From Clostridia bacterium (GTDB lineage: Bacteria; Bacillota; Clostridia; Oscillospirales; CAG-272): a stretch of 62,966 nt of DNA. This document shows positions 37,701 to 47,061 of this stretch, in pieces (position 1 is the first letter of the stretch; the number at the start of each line of letters is the position of its first letter). Made by a program: the position numbers and the translations under genes. The notes beneath the pieces were generated by a model. That model was not told the DNA's origin. It was given only the letters and a program-made list of their open reading frames with translations, and ran no database searches. The stretch lies in contig JAFPWV010000056.1 of the NCBI GenBank assembly GCA_017412675.1, positions 1 to 62,966 of the forward strand. Direction: 5' to 3'.

Positions 37701-38359
37701 ACGTTCTGCGTCTCGGCGTCCGCCTTTTTAATATAGTGGACGTCGTTCGTCGCCGCCATCGGGATGCCCGTGCGCTCCGACAGCCGCCGGATCCCCTCGC
37801 AGACGACCGGATCGTCGCGCAGGCGGTGATTCTGCAGCTCGAGATAGAAATTGCCGTGGCCGAACGCACGTTCCAGCCGCAGGGCGTACTCCTCGGCCTT
37901 GTCGTATTCCCCGGCTACGATCGCGCGCGGGATGTACCCGGCGAGGCAGGCGGAGAGGCAGATCAGCCCGTCCGTGTGCGCCTCGAGCAGATCCGTATCG
38001 ATCCGCGGGCGCGAATAAAAGCCCTCGGTGAAGCCCTTCGACACGAGGGTGATGAGATTCTGGTAGCCCGCCGCGTTCTTCGCCAAGAGGATGAGGTGGT
38101 TGGACGAGCCGTCGAGGTCGCGCTCCCGGTCGAAGCGGCTCCGGCGGGCGACGTAGACCTCGCAGCCGATGATCGGCTTGATCCCCTCCGCTTTGCAGGC
38201 CTTATAGAATTCGACCGCGCCGTACATGTTCCCGTGGTCGGTGATCGCCACGGCGCGGTGACCCGCCAGCTTCGCCGCCTTCGGGATATCCGCAATCCGG
38301 CACGCGCCGTCGAGCAGGCTGTATTCGCTGTGCAGATGCAGATGCACGAAATCCGCCAT
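34724..38359 (-). CDS. dnaE: DNA polymerase III alpha subunit (DnaE)
   Basis: PHP HLHLHSEYSLLDG, GRGSGAG, MPDFDIDF, FNKSH, OB domain. Confidence 0.98.
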   Translation of the reverse strand: MADFVHLHLHSEYSLLDGACRIADIPKAAKLAGHRAVAITDHGNMYGAVEFYKACKAEGIKPIIGCEVYVARRSRFDRERDLDGSSNHLILLAKNAAGYQNLITLVSKGFTEGFYSRPRIDTDLLEAHTDGLICLSACLAGYIPRAIVAGEYDKAEEYALRLERAFGHGNFYLELQNHRLRDDPVVCEGIRRLSERTGIPMAATNDVHYIKKADAETQNVLVCIQTGNTVADGNPVGFETDEFYYKNTPEMEKLFRDYEGALENTVKIADMCAFDFEFGKIKLPRYTPENGMAPGEYLRSLALEGFEKKIADGHIVPGSPFSREDYLSRVDYELSVIGQMGYAEYYLIVWDFVHAAKQKGIPVGPGRGSGAGSLVAYLVGITDIDPLRFDLLFERFLNPERVSMPDFDIDFCYDRRDEAIAYVREKYGEDHTAQIVTFGTLAARAAVRDVGRALGMPYADVDAVAKQIPQALGMTLAKAMEASPELKSLYDGDDRVKRLIDTAAALEGMPRHASTHAAGVVITDLPVTEYVPVSVNSGIIVTQFDMDTIAELGLLKFDFLALRYLTIIDHAERQIRERLPDFDLTKVDIGDPATYDTISAGRCDGVFQLESAGMRQMLTQLKPRCIDDIIAAIALYRPGPMDSIPRYIEARHDPSKITYCTPKLAPILDVTYGCIVYQEQVMQIFREIAGYSFGHADVVRRAISKKKAGVLESERQSFLDGAKERGIAEEDAVKLFEDIVSFANYAFNKSHAAAYAVLSFRTAYLKTHYPREYESALLTSVLNSSDKIAEYTADCAKQGIAVLPPDINRSRGDFHVEGNAIRYGLTALKNIGASFIQKIVEERETGGMFRDFDDFIERMSGRELNKKQLETLIKSGALDSLGVARSRLLAVYELVLERRSQAAANIDDAQIGLFDADQSAKPKIPRIEYPPLPEFTAREKLALEKESCGLYLSGSILDDYGQHLERIRPARIRDIRASFAEPAEGEDDGAENMADAEGTPEYADRSRVTIAGSVTKRVNKATKNGDQMAFVTIEDATASMEVLFFPKVLEKYGHLLVFDSVIAVAGTLSAREDEEVKLLADRAIELLPDSRADEIPAEDMLAAPPRTSYADRPKQDPAPAHPSYEKRPQEPPSSGTSPEAPRKIYLRVPSEESEAYRRARAFCAIFSGYAPATFYSAAKNEYLKPPVGIQPSPFVLAELCEILGEENVVCR

Positions 38360-38371
38360 GCTGCGCCTCCT

Positions 38372-39109
38372 TTACTCTGTTTGCCCGCCGGGGCCGTCAT
38401 CGCATCGCGCCGCCTCGAGCAGTCTTTCGAGCCGGTGGCGCATCCCGGACTTCGAGACCGGCGGATCGGAGAGCTTCCCGAGGTCCTCGAGCGTGAGCTG
38501 GGGATTGGCCTCCCGCGCCTCCGCCGCCGCGCGCACCTCCGCCGGGAGACGGTCGTACCGTCCCGACGCCCGGAGCTTCGCCGCCGCATGGGCGACCTTT
38601 TCCGCCGCCGCGAGCTGCTTCGCAATGTTCGCCGTGTCGAAATTCACCTGCCGGTTGACGTTCCCGCGGAATTCCCGCTCGATCTTCACGTTCATGAAGT
38701 CGAACGCCTCGCCCGTCGCGCCGATGAACGCGAGGAAGTCCCCGATGGTCTCCGCCGCGCGCAGGGTGAGCACGGGCCTGCCCCGCCGATGCGCCTCGCC
38801 GAAGAAGAAGCCGCATTCCGCGAGGATCTGCGCCGCGGTACGGGCAAACTCCCCGTCGTGAAAGGCGAGGTCGAGCTGATAGGACTTCGCGGGATCCGAG
38901 ACCGAGCCCCAGCGGAGAAAAAGGGTGCGCAGCAAAACGCCGCGGCACCCCTCGCACCGGCACCTTCTGAAAACCTCTTCGAGAGCGGCGGCCGCATGGT
39001 CCTCGTCCCCGAGCGCCGCGCAGTCATCCGCCGTGTGCCGGCAGCATTTCTTTTTGATCTCCGCTTCCGCGAGCGTGGTTTTTACTTTCTGCGAAAAGGA
39101 AGGTTCCAT
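38372..39109 (-). CDS. whiA: WhiA (shortened N-terminal region)
   Basis: SFSQKVK start, GSVSDPAKSYQL, VNRQVNFDTANI, C-terminal HTH PPVSKSGMRHRL. Confidence 0.88.
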   Translation of the reverse strand: MEPSFSQKVKTTLAEAEIKKKCCRHTADDCAALGDEDHAAAALEEVFRRCRCEGCRGVLLRTLFLRWGSVSDPAKSYQLDLAFHDGEFARTAAQILAECGFFFGEAHRRGRPVLTLRAAETIGDFLAFIGATGEAFDFMNVKIEREFRGNVNRQVNFDTANIAKQLAAAEKVAHAAAKLRASGRYDRLPAEVRAAAEAREANPQLTLEDLGKLSDPPVSKSGMRHRLERLLEAARCDDGPGGQTE

Positions 39110-39116
39110 GTTGCAC

Positions 39117-40031
39117 TCATTTCACGTGGATGATCTCGCATTCGAGCTCAACCCCGTAGTTTTTCAATACGACTTCCCGGATATGCCCGACGAGAGCGAG
39201 AACGTCACGGGAGGTCGCGCCGCCGCGGTTGACGATGAAGCCGGCGTGCTTTTCGGACACCTCCGCGCCGCCGATGCGAAATCCCTTGAGGCCGCTCTCC
39301 TCGACCATCTGGCCGACGAAATGCCCTTCGGGCCGCTTGAAGACGCTCCCCGCGCTGGGATATTCGAGCGGCTGCTTCGCCACCCGGCGCCCGGCGATGT
39401 CGTTCATCTTCGCCCCGATCTCCTCCCGATTCCCGGGCACGAGCCGGAACGAGGCTGCGAGGACGATGCGGTCCGTGTGCTTATAGACGCTGTCCCGGTA
39501 GCCGTAGGCGTGCTCCGCGAGCGGGATCGAAACGATCTCTCCGGAGGCGGGATCGAAGGCGGTGCTCTCCTCGAGGACGTCCTTGATCTCCCCGCCGTAC
39601 GCACCGGCGTTCATCACGACCGCGCCGCCCACCGATCCGGGGATCCCGTAGGCGAATTCCAGTCCCGCGAGCGAGGCGTCCCGCGCCTTCTTGCAGACGG
39701 AAGAGAGCGACGCGCCCGCCTCCGCCGTGAGCAGATCCCCGTCGAGGGTGATCGCGTCGAGCGCGGAGGACGAGATGACCGCGCCGTCATATCCCGCGTC
39801 GTCGAAGAGCACATTGCTCCCGTTGCCGAGGACGAAGAAGCGCGTCTCCGTTTCATGCGCGGCCCTGACCGCGGCGGTGAAGGCCTCCCGCGTCCGGGGC
39901 ACGAGATAGAGCGCGGCGGGTCCCCCGATGCGGAAGGAGGTGTGCCGGCTCATGGGCTCGTCAAAGCAAACGGAAAGATCCTCTCCGTACGTCCCGGCCC
40001 ATGCGGCGAGCTTGCCGATCGTGTCGTTCAT
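39117..40031 (-). CDS. murB: UDP-N-acetylmuramate dehydrogenase
   Basis: HTSFRIGG, GNGSN, GIPGSVGG, PSAGSVFKRP, HAGFIVN. Confidence 0.97.
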   Translation of the reverse strand: MNDTIGKLAAWAGTYGEDLSVCFDEPMSRHTSFRIGGPAALYLVPRTREAFTAAVRAAHETETRFFVLGNGSNVLFDDAGYDGAVISSSALDAITLDGDLLTAEAGASLSSVCKKARDASLAGLEFAYGIPGSVGGAVVMNAGAYGGEIKDVLEESTAFDPASGEIVSIPLAEHAYGYRDSVYKHTDRIVLAASFRLVPGNREEIGAKMNDIAGRRVAKQPLEYPSAGSVFKRPEGHFVGQMVEESGLKGFRIGGAEVSEKHAGFIVNRGGATSRDVLALVGHIREVVLKNYGVELECEIIHVK

Positions 40032-40741
40032 GATTTCCCTCCGTCGAGCAGATCCCGGATTTCGGACAGTTTTCCGACCGTGTAGGTGAGCGCGCGTCCG
40101 CCGTCCCCTTCCTCTTTCGGATCGAAGCGGCAGATGTCGAGCCCGTAGGCGATCGCGCCGTCGCAGTCCGAGGTCAGGGAGTCGCCGATCACGAGGACCG
40201 AGGACTTCTCCGGCCGACCGAGCGCGGCGAACACGGCGTCAAAATAGGCAGCCGAGGGTTTCTGGACGCCCAGCTCCTCCGAGACGAACATCCCCTCGAA
40301 GTACGGCGCGATGGCCGATTTCGCAAAGCGTTTCCGCTGGATGCGAGAGATGCCGTTGGTGACGATGAACATCCGGTAATGCCCCGCGAGATCCCGGCAG
40401 AGCGCCTCCGCCCCGTCGATGAGGCAGGACTGCTCCCCGAGCGATTCGATGTAGGCGTCCCTCAGAAACGCGGCATACGAGAAGAGGTCGTCCCCCTCCG
40501 CCGCGCCGCATTCCTCGAGCAGGAGGCGGAACCGCTCGAGCTTGAGGCTTTCGAGGTCGATCTCCCGCCGCTCGAGCTTCTTCCAGAGGCTGTCATTGAT
40601 CTCGGAATAGCGCCGGTAAAGCGCGTCCGTATAGACGAGGCCTCCCTTCACCGCCGTTTCCCGGAAGGCGAGCTCCTCCGCCCGGGTGAAATCGAACAGG
40701 GTATTGTCCGCGTCAAAGAGTAGGATCTGATACCGGCTCAT
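40028..40741 (-). CDS. HAD family nucleotidase (YjjG-like)
   Basis: FDADNTLFDF, VTNG, QKP, IGDSLTSD. Confidence 0.9.
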   Translation of the reverse strand: MSRYQILLFDADNTLFDFTRAEELAFRETAVKGGLVYTDALYRRYSEINDSLWKKLERREIDLESLKLERFRLLLEECGAAEGDDLFSYAAFLRDAYIESLGEQSCLIDGAEALCRDLAGHYRMFIVTNGISRIQRKRFAKSAIAPYFEGMFVSEELGVQKPSAAYFDAVFAALGRPEKSSVLVIGDSLTSDCDGAIAYGLDICRFDPKEEGDGGRALTYTVGKLSEIRDLLDGGKS

Positions 40742-41961
40742 TTCGTAAACTTGTGGAAATTCTTCTTGCCCTTGCGGATGATGACGCCGTCCCCGTCGAA
40801 GCGCGATTCCTCGACCGCGATCGAAACATCCGCGACCTTGTCGTCGCCGACGAACACGCCGCCCTGCTGGATCGTCCGGCGCGCGTCGGATTTCGTCGTG
40901 CAGAGTCCCGCCTTGACGAGCAGATCGATCACGGTGATCTTTCCGTCCGTGAAGTCCTCTGCGTTAAGCGCGGTCGTCGGCATGTTGGAATTGTCCGCGC
41001 CGCCGCCGAAGAGCGCCTTTGCCGCAGCCTCGGCCTTCTTCGCCTCTTCTTCGCCGTGCACGAGCTTCGTGAGCTCCCACGCGAGGATCTCCTTCGCCCG
41101 GTTGAGCTGGCTGCCCTCCCATTTGTCCATCGCGTCGATCTCCTCGAGCGGGAGGAAGGTGAGCATGCGGATGCATTTCAGAACGTCCGCGTCGCCCACG
41201 TTGCGCCAGTACTGGTAGAACTCGAAGGGGCTGGTCTTGTTCGGATCGAGCCAGACGGCGTTGCCCGCGGTCTTGCCCATCTTCTTGCCCTGCGCGTCCG
41301 TCAGAAGGGTGATCGTCATCGCGTGGGCGTCCTTACCGAGCTTTCTGCGGATGAGCTCCGTACCGCCGAGCATATTCGACCACTGGTCGTCGCCGCCGAA
41401 CTGCATGTTGCAGCCGTAGTGCTGGTACAGGTAGTAGAAGTCGTAGGACTGCATGATCATGTAGTTGAATTCGAGGAAGGACAGGCCGTGCTCCATTCTC
41501 TGCTTGTAGCATTCTGCGCGGAGCATATTGTTGACGGAGAAGCACGCGCCGACCTCGCGCAGAAGGCCGACGTAATTGAGGTTCATCAGCCAGTCCGCGT
41601 TGTTCACCATCATCGCCTTGCCCTCTCCGAAGTCGATGAAGCGCTCCATCTGCTTCTTGAAGCATTCGGCATTGTGGTCGATGTCTTCACGGGTCAGCAT
41701 TTTCCGCATGTCCGTGCGTCCGGAGGGGTCGCCGATCATGGTCGTGCCGCCGCCGATCAGGGCGATGGGACGGTTGCCCGCCATCTGCAGCCGCTTCATC
41801 AGCGTCAGCGCCATGAAATGCCCCGCCGTGAGACTGTCCGCCGTGCAGTCAAAGCCGATATAGAAGGTGGCCTTGCCCGCGTTGATCATGTTTTTGATCT
41901 CTTCCTCGTCCGTCACCTGCGCGATGAGTCCGCGCGCTTTCAGTTCGTCGTAAATTGTCAT
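40738..41961 (-). CDS. tyrS: tyrosine--tRNA ligase
   Basis: GFDCTADSLTAGH, GGDDQWSN, KMGKT, C-terminal S4 domain. Confidence 0.97.
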   Translation of the reverse strand: MTIYDELKARGLIAQVTDEEEIKNMINAGKATFYIGFDCTADSLTAGHFMALTLMKRLQMAGNRPIALIGGGTTMIGDPSGRTDMRKMLTREDIDHNAECFKKQMERFIDFGEGKAMMVNNADWLMNLNYVGLLREVGACFSVNNMLRAECYKQRMEHGLSFLEFNYMIMQSYDFYYLYQHYGCNMQFGGDDQWSNMLGGTELIRRKLGKDAHAMTITLLTDAQGKKMGKTAGNAVWLDPNKTSPFEFYQYWRNVGDADVLKCIRMLTFLPLEEIDAMDKWEGSQLNRAKEILAWELTKLVHGEEEAKKAEAAAKALFGGGADNSNMPTTALNAEDFTDGKITVIDLLVKAGLCTTKSDARRTIQQGGVFVGDDKVADVSIAVEESRFDGDGVIIRKGKKNFHKFTK

Positions 41962-42036
41962 GAAATTGATTCTCCTGTATGATTGATGGCTTTTTATCGT
42001 GGATCGGCAAGCGGATCGCCCGCCGTGCTTTTGGGG

Positions 42037-43737
42037 TTACCCTTCGTTTTTCGTTCTCTTCGTCAGCATTTCCCGCGCCGCGGCGGTCTGCTTCTCGGTG
42101 ACGCTGATGCCGCCGATGATCCGGGCGATTTCCGCCGTCCGCTCTTCCCCGGTGATCTCGCGGACCGTGCTCTCCGTCCGACCGTCCTCCTCGTGCTTTT
42201 CGATGAGGAGGTGGCGGGGCGCGACGGACGCGATCTGCGGGGAGTGGGTGACGCTGATGACCTGCGTGTTCCGGCCGAGCCGCTCCAGCATGATGCCGAT
42301 GCGCTCCGCCGTGCCGCCCGAAACGCCCGTGTCGATCTCGTCGAAGATCATGGTGCCGGAGTCGTTCTTCCCGGCGAGCGCGGTTTTGAGCGCCAGCGTG
42401 ATACGCGACAGCTCGCCGCCGGAGGACACCCTGCCGAGTGAGCCGAGCTCCTCCCCGGCGTTGACCGAGATGAGGAAGTCGACGTCGTCGCATCCGTCCG
42501 CGCGGAAGAGGGGCGTGCCCTTCTCCGTGAGCGGCGTGACGGCGATGCGGAAGCGCACCTTCGGCATGTCGAGGAACCGCAGCGATGAGAGGATCTCGGC
42601 GGAGAGCTTTTCCGCGGCGGCCGTTCGTTTGGCGCGGAGCCGGACGGCGGCGTCACCCGCGCGGGTCACTTCCCCGGCGAGGCGTTTTTCGAGCTCGGCG
42701 AGCCGGAAGTCCCCGTCCTCGAGGTCCGCGATCTTCTGCCCGATCTGTGCTCTCTTGGCCTTCACCTCCGCGATCGTCGCGCCGTATTTGCGTTCGAGCT
42801 TTTCGATCAGGGCGAGGCGCGCTTCGATCTGGGTGAGCTTCTCCGCGGGATCTCCGACGTCTTCGTCGAGGGCGTCGCGCACCCGTTCGGCGATGTCGAG
42901 GATCTCGTAGCGGTAGTTTGCGAGGCGCGCGGCCATTTCATCCGCTCCCTCGACGACCTCGCCGAGCTGGGAGAGCGCGTTTTCCGCCCGCTCGATCAGA
43001 TATGCCGCCGTCGCGCCTTTTTCGCTCTCCGAGAGGGCCTTGACGACGATCCCGGCATATTTGGTCACCTTTTCGAGACTCTTGAGCCTGGTGCGCAGAC
43101 GGATGAGCCGCTCCTCCTCGTCGTCCGCCGTGAGCCGCGCCGAGTCGATCTCCTTCTTCTGATAGCGGAGGATGTCGAGCAGCATTTCGCGCTGGCTCAT
43201 GGCTTCGCGCTGGGCGGCGATCTGCGCCTTCACCTCCGTCAGGGCGGCGTAAGCGTCGGCGTATTCCGCGCGTTCGGCTTCGTCGTCGGCGAATGCGTCG
43301 AGCAGGGCCGGATAGGTCGCCTTGTCCGCGAAATCGCTCCGCTCGCTCTGCGTCTGGATGCTCAAAAGGATCGGCGCGGTCTCCTTCAGGGCGGAAAGCG
43401 GGGCTGTGCGGCGGTTGATCTTCACCGTCGAGCGTCCGTCCGCCGTGATCGCGCGGAAGAGGGAGATCTCCCCGTTCTCATCCGGCGGATAGCCCAGCGT
43501 ATCGAGGCGTTCTGCCATCGACGGCGTGCAGGAAAAGACCGCCGAAACCGTCGCGCGCTCTTCCCCGGTCCGCAGAAGCTCCCGTCCGTTTTTCGCGCCG
43601 CAAAGGAGGAGCAGGCTGTCGATGAGGATCGATTTTCCCGCTCCGGTCCGCCCGGTGATGACGGTGAAGCCCTCGCCGAAGGAGATGTCCAGCTGACGCG
43701 CGACGGCGATGTTTTCAATGGAAAGGCTCGAAAGCAT
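42037..43737 (-). CDS. recN: DNA repair protein RecN
   Basis: TGRTGAGKS, SSGGELSR, FDEIDTGVSG, THSPQIA. Confidence 0.96.
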   Translation of the reverse strand: MLSSLSIENIAVARQLDISFGEGFTVITGRTGAGKSILIDSLLLLCGAKNGRELLRTGEERATVSAVFSCTPSMAERLDTLGYPPDENGEISLFRAITADGRSTVKINRRTAPLSALKETAPILLSIQTQSERSDFADKATYPALLDAFADDEAERAEYADAYAALTEVKAQIAAQREAMSQREMLLDILRYQKKEIDSARLTADDEEERLIRLRTRLKSLEKVTKYAGIVVKALSESEKGATAAYLIERAENALSQLGEVVEGADEMAARLANYRYEILDIAERVRDALDEDVGDPAEKLTQIEARLALIEKLERKYGATIAEVKAKRAQIGQKIADLEDGDFRLAELEKRLAGEVTRAGDAAVRLRAKRTAAAEKLSAEILSSLRFLDMPKVRFRIAVTPLTEKGTPLFRADGCDDVDFLISVNAGEELGSLGRVSSGGELSRITLALKTALAGKNDSGTMIFDEIDTGVSGGTAERIGIMLERLGRNTQVISVTHSPQIASVAPRHLLIEKHEEDGRTESTVREITGEERTAEIARIIGGISVTEKQTAAAREMLTKRTKNEG

Positions 43738-43740
43738 GAC

Positions 43741-44193
43741 TTATGAATTGATGAGCTTGGTGATCCGGTGCGCGATGACCGCCGCCGCGTCGGGATCCCG
43801 GCAGATGATGATGATGCAGTCGTCGCCCGCCACGCAGCCGAGGATATCCGCCTCGTGGAGGGTGTCCACGCCCGCCGCCACCGCGTTCGCCATGCCCGCG
43901 TAGGTCTTGATGACGATCGCGTTCATCGAGTAGTCGACGCCCTTGACCGAGGAGGCCAGCGCGCGGCTGTACACATGCTGGTTCTCCGTCGCGTTGTTCT
44001 TCGGGACCACGTATTTGTAGGTCCCCATGTCGGACATCTGCTTGAGGAGCTTCAGCTCGCGGATATCGCGGGACACCGTCGCCTGCGTGACTTCAAATCC
44101 GGCGAGCTTGAGCTTTTCGATCAGCTCTTCCTGCGTTTCAATGTTGTAGTTCTCGATGATCTCGAGGATCTTGTTGTGTCTCTTGACTTTCAT
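43741..44193 (-). CDS. argR: arginine repressor
   Basis: TQEEL, TQATVSRDI, GCVAGDD. Confidence 0.96.
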   Translation of the reverse strand: MKVKRHNKILEIIENYNIETQEELIEKLKLAGFEVTQATVSRDIRELKLLKQMSDMGTYKYVVPKNNATENQHVYSRALASSVKGVDYSMNAIVIKTYAGMANAVAAGVDTLHEADILGCVAGDDCIIIICRDPDAAAVIAHRITKLINS

Positions 44194-44252
44194 GATGGTA
44201 TCCTTTCAGACCGCGGGCGGACCCGGCGGGAAATATGGTGCTGTTTCGCAGG

Positions 44253-45107
44253 TTACTGGGACAGCTTCGCGTGGAGAACGCCGAGGAAGCTGTCGTCGCG
44301 GACGCGCAGGAGCTTGGTGACGTACCCGGAGCGGAACACTTCGACCGTGTCGCCCTCGCGGATCGCCAGATCCTCCCGTCCGTCGGCGTTGAGGTACACG
44401 GACGCCCCGTTCGGCTGGATGTTCGTCAGCCGGATGACGGCGTCGCCGCGGAAGATGACCGGACGGCTCGAAAGCGTATGCGGGCAGATCGGCGTGAGGC
44501 AGAACGCTTCGATCGAGGGGTCGAGGACCGGGCCGCCCGCCGAGAGCGAATAGGCCGTGGAGCCGGTCGGCGTCGCCGCGATCATGCCGTCCGCGCGGCA
44601 GGTCTCGAACCGGACGCCGCCGCAGAACACATCGAACGAAATGAGCCGGGAGACCGGACCGTTCGTGAGGACGATGTCGTTGAGCACGGTGAAGGATCCG
44701 CGGAGCGCGCCGTCCCCGTCCGTCACCCGCGCGTCGAGCATCATCCGCTCCTCGACGGTGTAATGCCCCGTGAGGAGACGTTCGAGCAGGCAGAGCTCGC
44801 CGTGCCCGATCTCCGAGAGGAAGCCGACGTGGCCGTAGTTGATGCCGATGATCGGGATGCCGCGGCCGAGCAGACGGTGGGAGGCTTCGATGATCGAGCC
44901 GTCCCCGCCGAGCACGAGGGCTGCGTCGCCGCGCTCTCCGGTATAGGAGACGGCGTTTCCGAGATACGAGAGCTCCCCGGCGTATTCCGGCAGGACGCCC
45001 ACCCGGCAGCCATGCCCCGTCAGCCGCGCCGCGATCTCCGCGATGCGCTCCTCGGGGATGCCCTTGACCGTATTCGGTATGAGGATGATGTCAGTGATCG
45101 GTTTCAT
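44253..45107 (-). CDS. nadK: NAD kinase
   Basis: LGGDGS, GHVGFL, LND, TPTGSTAYSLSAGG. Start set at MKPIT. Confidence 0.95.
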   Translation of the reverse strand: MKPITDIILIPNTVKGIPEERIAEIAARLTGHGCRVGVLPEYAGELSYLGNAVSYTGERGDAALVLGGDGSIIEASHRLLGRGIPIIGINYGHVGFLSEIGHGELCLLERLLTGHYTVEERMMLDARVTDGDGALRGSFTVLNDIVLTNGPVSRLISFDVFCGGVRFETCRADGMIAATPTGSTAYSLSAGGPVLDPSIEAFCLTPICPHTLSSRPVIFRGDAVIRLTNIQPNGASVYLNADGREDLAIREGDTVEVFRSGYVTKLLRVRDDSFLGVLHAKLSQ

Positions 45108-45120
45108 AATCAAATCCGTT

Positions 45121-45894
45121 TTATGCCTGTACGGCGTCCGCCGTCTCCCGTTCTCCGACGGTGCGGGGGATGCCGCGTTTCGCGTAAACGAGAAATTCCG
45201 TATTGCCATCCCCGCCGCGCACGGGGGATTTCATCAGTCCGACGGCGCCGAGGCCCGCTCCGTCCAGCGAGGCGAGGACCTTGCGCACCGCCATGACATG
45301 CTGTTTTTTGTCCCGCACGATGCCGCCCCCTCCGAGCGCTTCCCGTCCGCACTCGAACTGCGGCTTGATGAGCCCGACGTACCCGGCATCCGGCGTCATC
45401 ACCGTGACGAGCGCGGGGATCACCAGCGTCTGCGAGATGAAGGAGAGATCGAGGACCGCGAGCGAGACGGGCTCCGGAATGATCGCCGGGGACAGGGTGC
45501 GCGCGTTGACGCCTTCGCGGTTCACCACGCGGGGATCGGCTCGCAGCGTCGGGTCGAGCTGGCCGTGTCCGGCGTCGACTGCCCAGACCTTCGCGGCGCC
45601 GTGCCGGAGAAGACAGTCGGTAAAGCCCCCGGTCGACGCGCCGATGTCCGCGCAGACGAGGCCTGCCGGATCGATGCCGAAGCGGTCGAGGGCGCTCTCG
45701 AGCTTCATGCCGCCGCGTCCGACGAAGGGGTGCTCCTCGCCGGTGATCACGATCGCGTCGTCTTCTCCGACGTCGTGCGACGGCTTTGTGACGGGTACGC
45801 CGTTGACCGTGACGAAGCCTCCCGCGATGAGGGACTGCGCGCGTGTCCGGCTCTTCGCAAGGCCCAGCTCCGTGAGGCGCAGATCGAGTCTCAT
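45121..45894 (-). CDS. tlyA: TlyA family rRNA methyltransferase
   Basis: MRLD S4 domain, GRGGMKL, DIGASTGGFTD, DLSFIS, KPQFE, GNTEF. Confidence 0.95.
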   Translation of the reverse strand: MRLDLRLTELGLAKSRTRAQSLIAGGFVTVNGVPVTKPSHDVGEDDAIVITGEEHPFVGRGGMKLESALDRFGIDPAGLVCADIGASTGGFTDCLLRHGAAKVWAVDAGHGQLDPTLRADPRVVNREGVNARTLSPAIIPEPVSLAVLDLSFISQTLVIPALVTVMTPDAGYVGLIKPQFECGREALGGGGIVRDKKQHVMAVRKVLASLDGAGLGAVGLMKSPVRGGDGNTEFLVYAKRGIPRTVGERETADAVQA

Positions 45895-46781
45895 TTGTTC
45901 CGCCTGCTGAGCCAGAGGGCGAGATCGGCGAGCGTGTCGGATCCGGCGAAGCCAGCGACCGCTTCCCGCGCATCGCGCACCAGTCCGGCCTCCGTCTGCC
46001 GCGCCTCGTCGAGGGTCATGAACGCGAGGGCGGTCTTCTTGCCGTTCTTCTCGTCGCTCCCCACCTGCTTGCCGAGCGTTTCGGTATCGCTCGTCACGTC
46101 GAGGATGTCGTCGTGGATCTGGAAGCCCAGCCCGACGGCGTTCGCGTAGGCGGTGATCCTTTCGATCACCGTGGGATCGGCCTCGTCCGTCGCCGCGTAA
46201 TACCCGAGGAGGCACGAGGCCCGGATCAGGGCGGAGGTCTTGCCGTCGATCATGGTTTTGAGCTCGTCGTAGTCCTTCATCTCCGCCGCCATGTCGAGGG
46301 TCTGGCCGCCGACCATGCCGCGGGGACCGGCTTCCGCCGCCAGGGTCTTGACGGCGAGGCGCACGGATTCGGCGCTCACGCACGCATTTGACGCGGCGCA
46401 TTCGAAGGCGTAGGTCAGGAGCGCGTCGCCCGCGAGGAGCGCCTCCGCTTCGCCGAACGCGATGTGGCACGAGGGCTTCCCCCGGCGCAGATCGTCGTCA
46501 TCCATGCAGGGCAGATCGTCGTGGATCAGCGAATAGGCGTGGACGCATTCGAGCGCGCAGGCAAACGGGAGCGCCGCTTTCGTTTCTCCGCCGAAGAGCC
46601 GGCAGAACGCGAGCACGAGGAAGGCCCGGATGCGTTTGCCGCCGCCGAGTGCGGAGTAGCGCATGGCCTCCGCGACAGCCGTGTTCCCGGTGTACCGTTC
46701 GCCGAGGGCGTCGGTGAGCGCGTCTTCCAGAAGGCCCACCGCCGTTTTCAGCGCGGCTTCGATGTTGGTTTTGTATTCCAC
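45891..46781 (-). CDS. ispA: farnesyl/geranylgeranyl diphosphate synthase
   Basis: GGKRIR, HDDLPCMDDDDLRRG, FQIHDDILD. Confidence 0.95.
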   Translation of the reverse strand: MEYKTNIEAALKTAVGLLEDALTDALGERYTGNTAVAEAMRYSALGGGKRIRAFLVLAFCRLFGGETKAALPFACALECVHAYSLIHDDLPCMDDDDLRRGKPSCHIAFGEAEALLAGDALLTYAFECAASNACVSAESVRLAVKTLAAEAGPRGMVGGQTLDMAAEMKDYDELKTMIDGKTSALIRASCLLGYYAATDEADPTVIERITAYANAVGLGFQIHDDILDVTSDTETLGKQVGSDEKNGKKTALAFMTLDEARQTEAGLVRDAREAVAGFAGSDTLADLALWLSRRNK

Positions 46782-46794
46782 CGGATGCCTCCCG

Positions 46795-47061
46795 TCAGGT
46801 CATGGGCGGCATGTCGCATTCTTCCGCGGTGCCGTCCGGGTTCGGGATCAACAGCTTCACCTTCTGCTCCGCCGTATCGAGACGCGCGTTGCAGAGCTTC
46901 ACGAGTCCGACGCCCTCCTCGAAGAGCGCGAGGGATTCGTCGAGCGGCGCGGAACCGGATTCGAGGGCGCGCACGATCTCCTCGAGCCGCGCGATTGCCT
47001 CCTCGAAGGTCATGTTCCGTTCCTGTTCTTCTATTTCCACAGTTTCTTTGGTCTTTTTCAT
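46795..47061 (-). CDS. xseB: exodeoxyribonuclease VII small subunit
   Basis: FEEAIARLEEIVRALESG..LDESLALFEEG. Confidence 0.95.
   Translation of the reverse strand: MKKTKETVEIEEQERNMTFEEAIARLEEIVRALESGSAPLDESLALFEEGVGLVKLCNARLDTAEQKVKLLIPNPDGTAEECDMPPMT

Noticed and set aside
41962-42036. T-box upstream of tyrS
   Set aside because: The gap is only 75 bp, with no GGTGGNACC T-box motif and no terminator U-tract.
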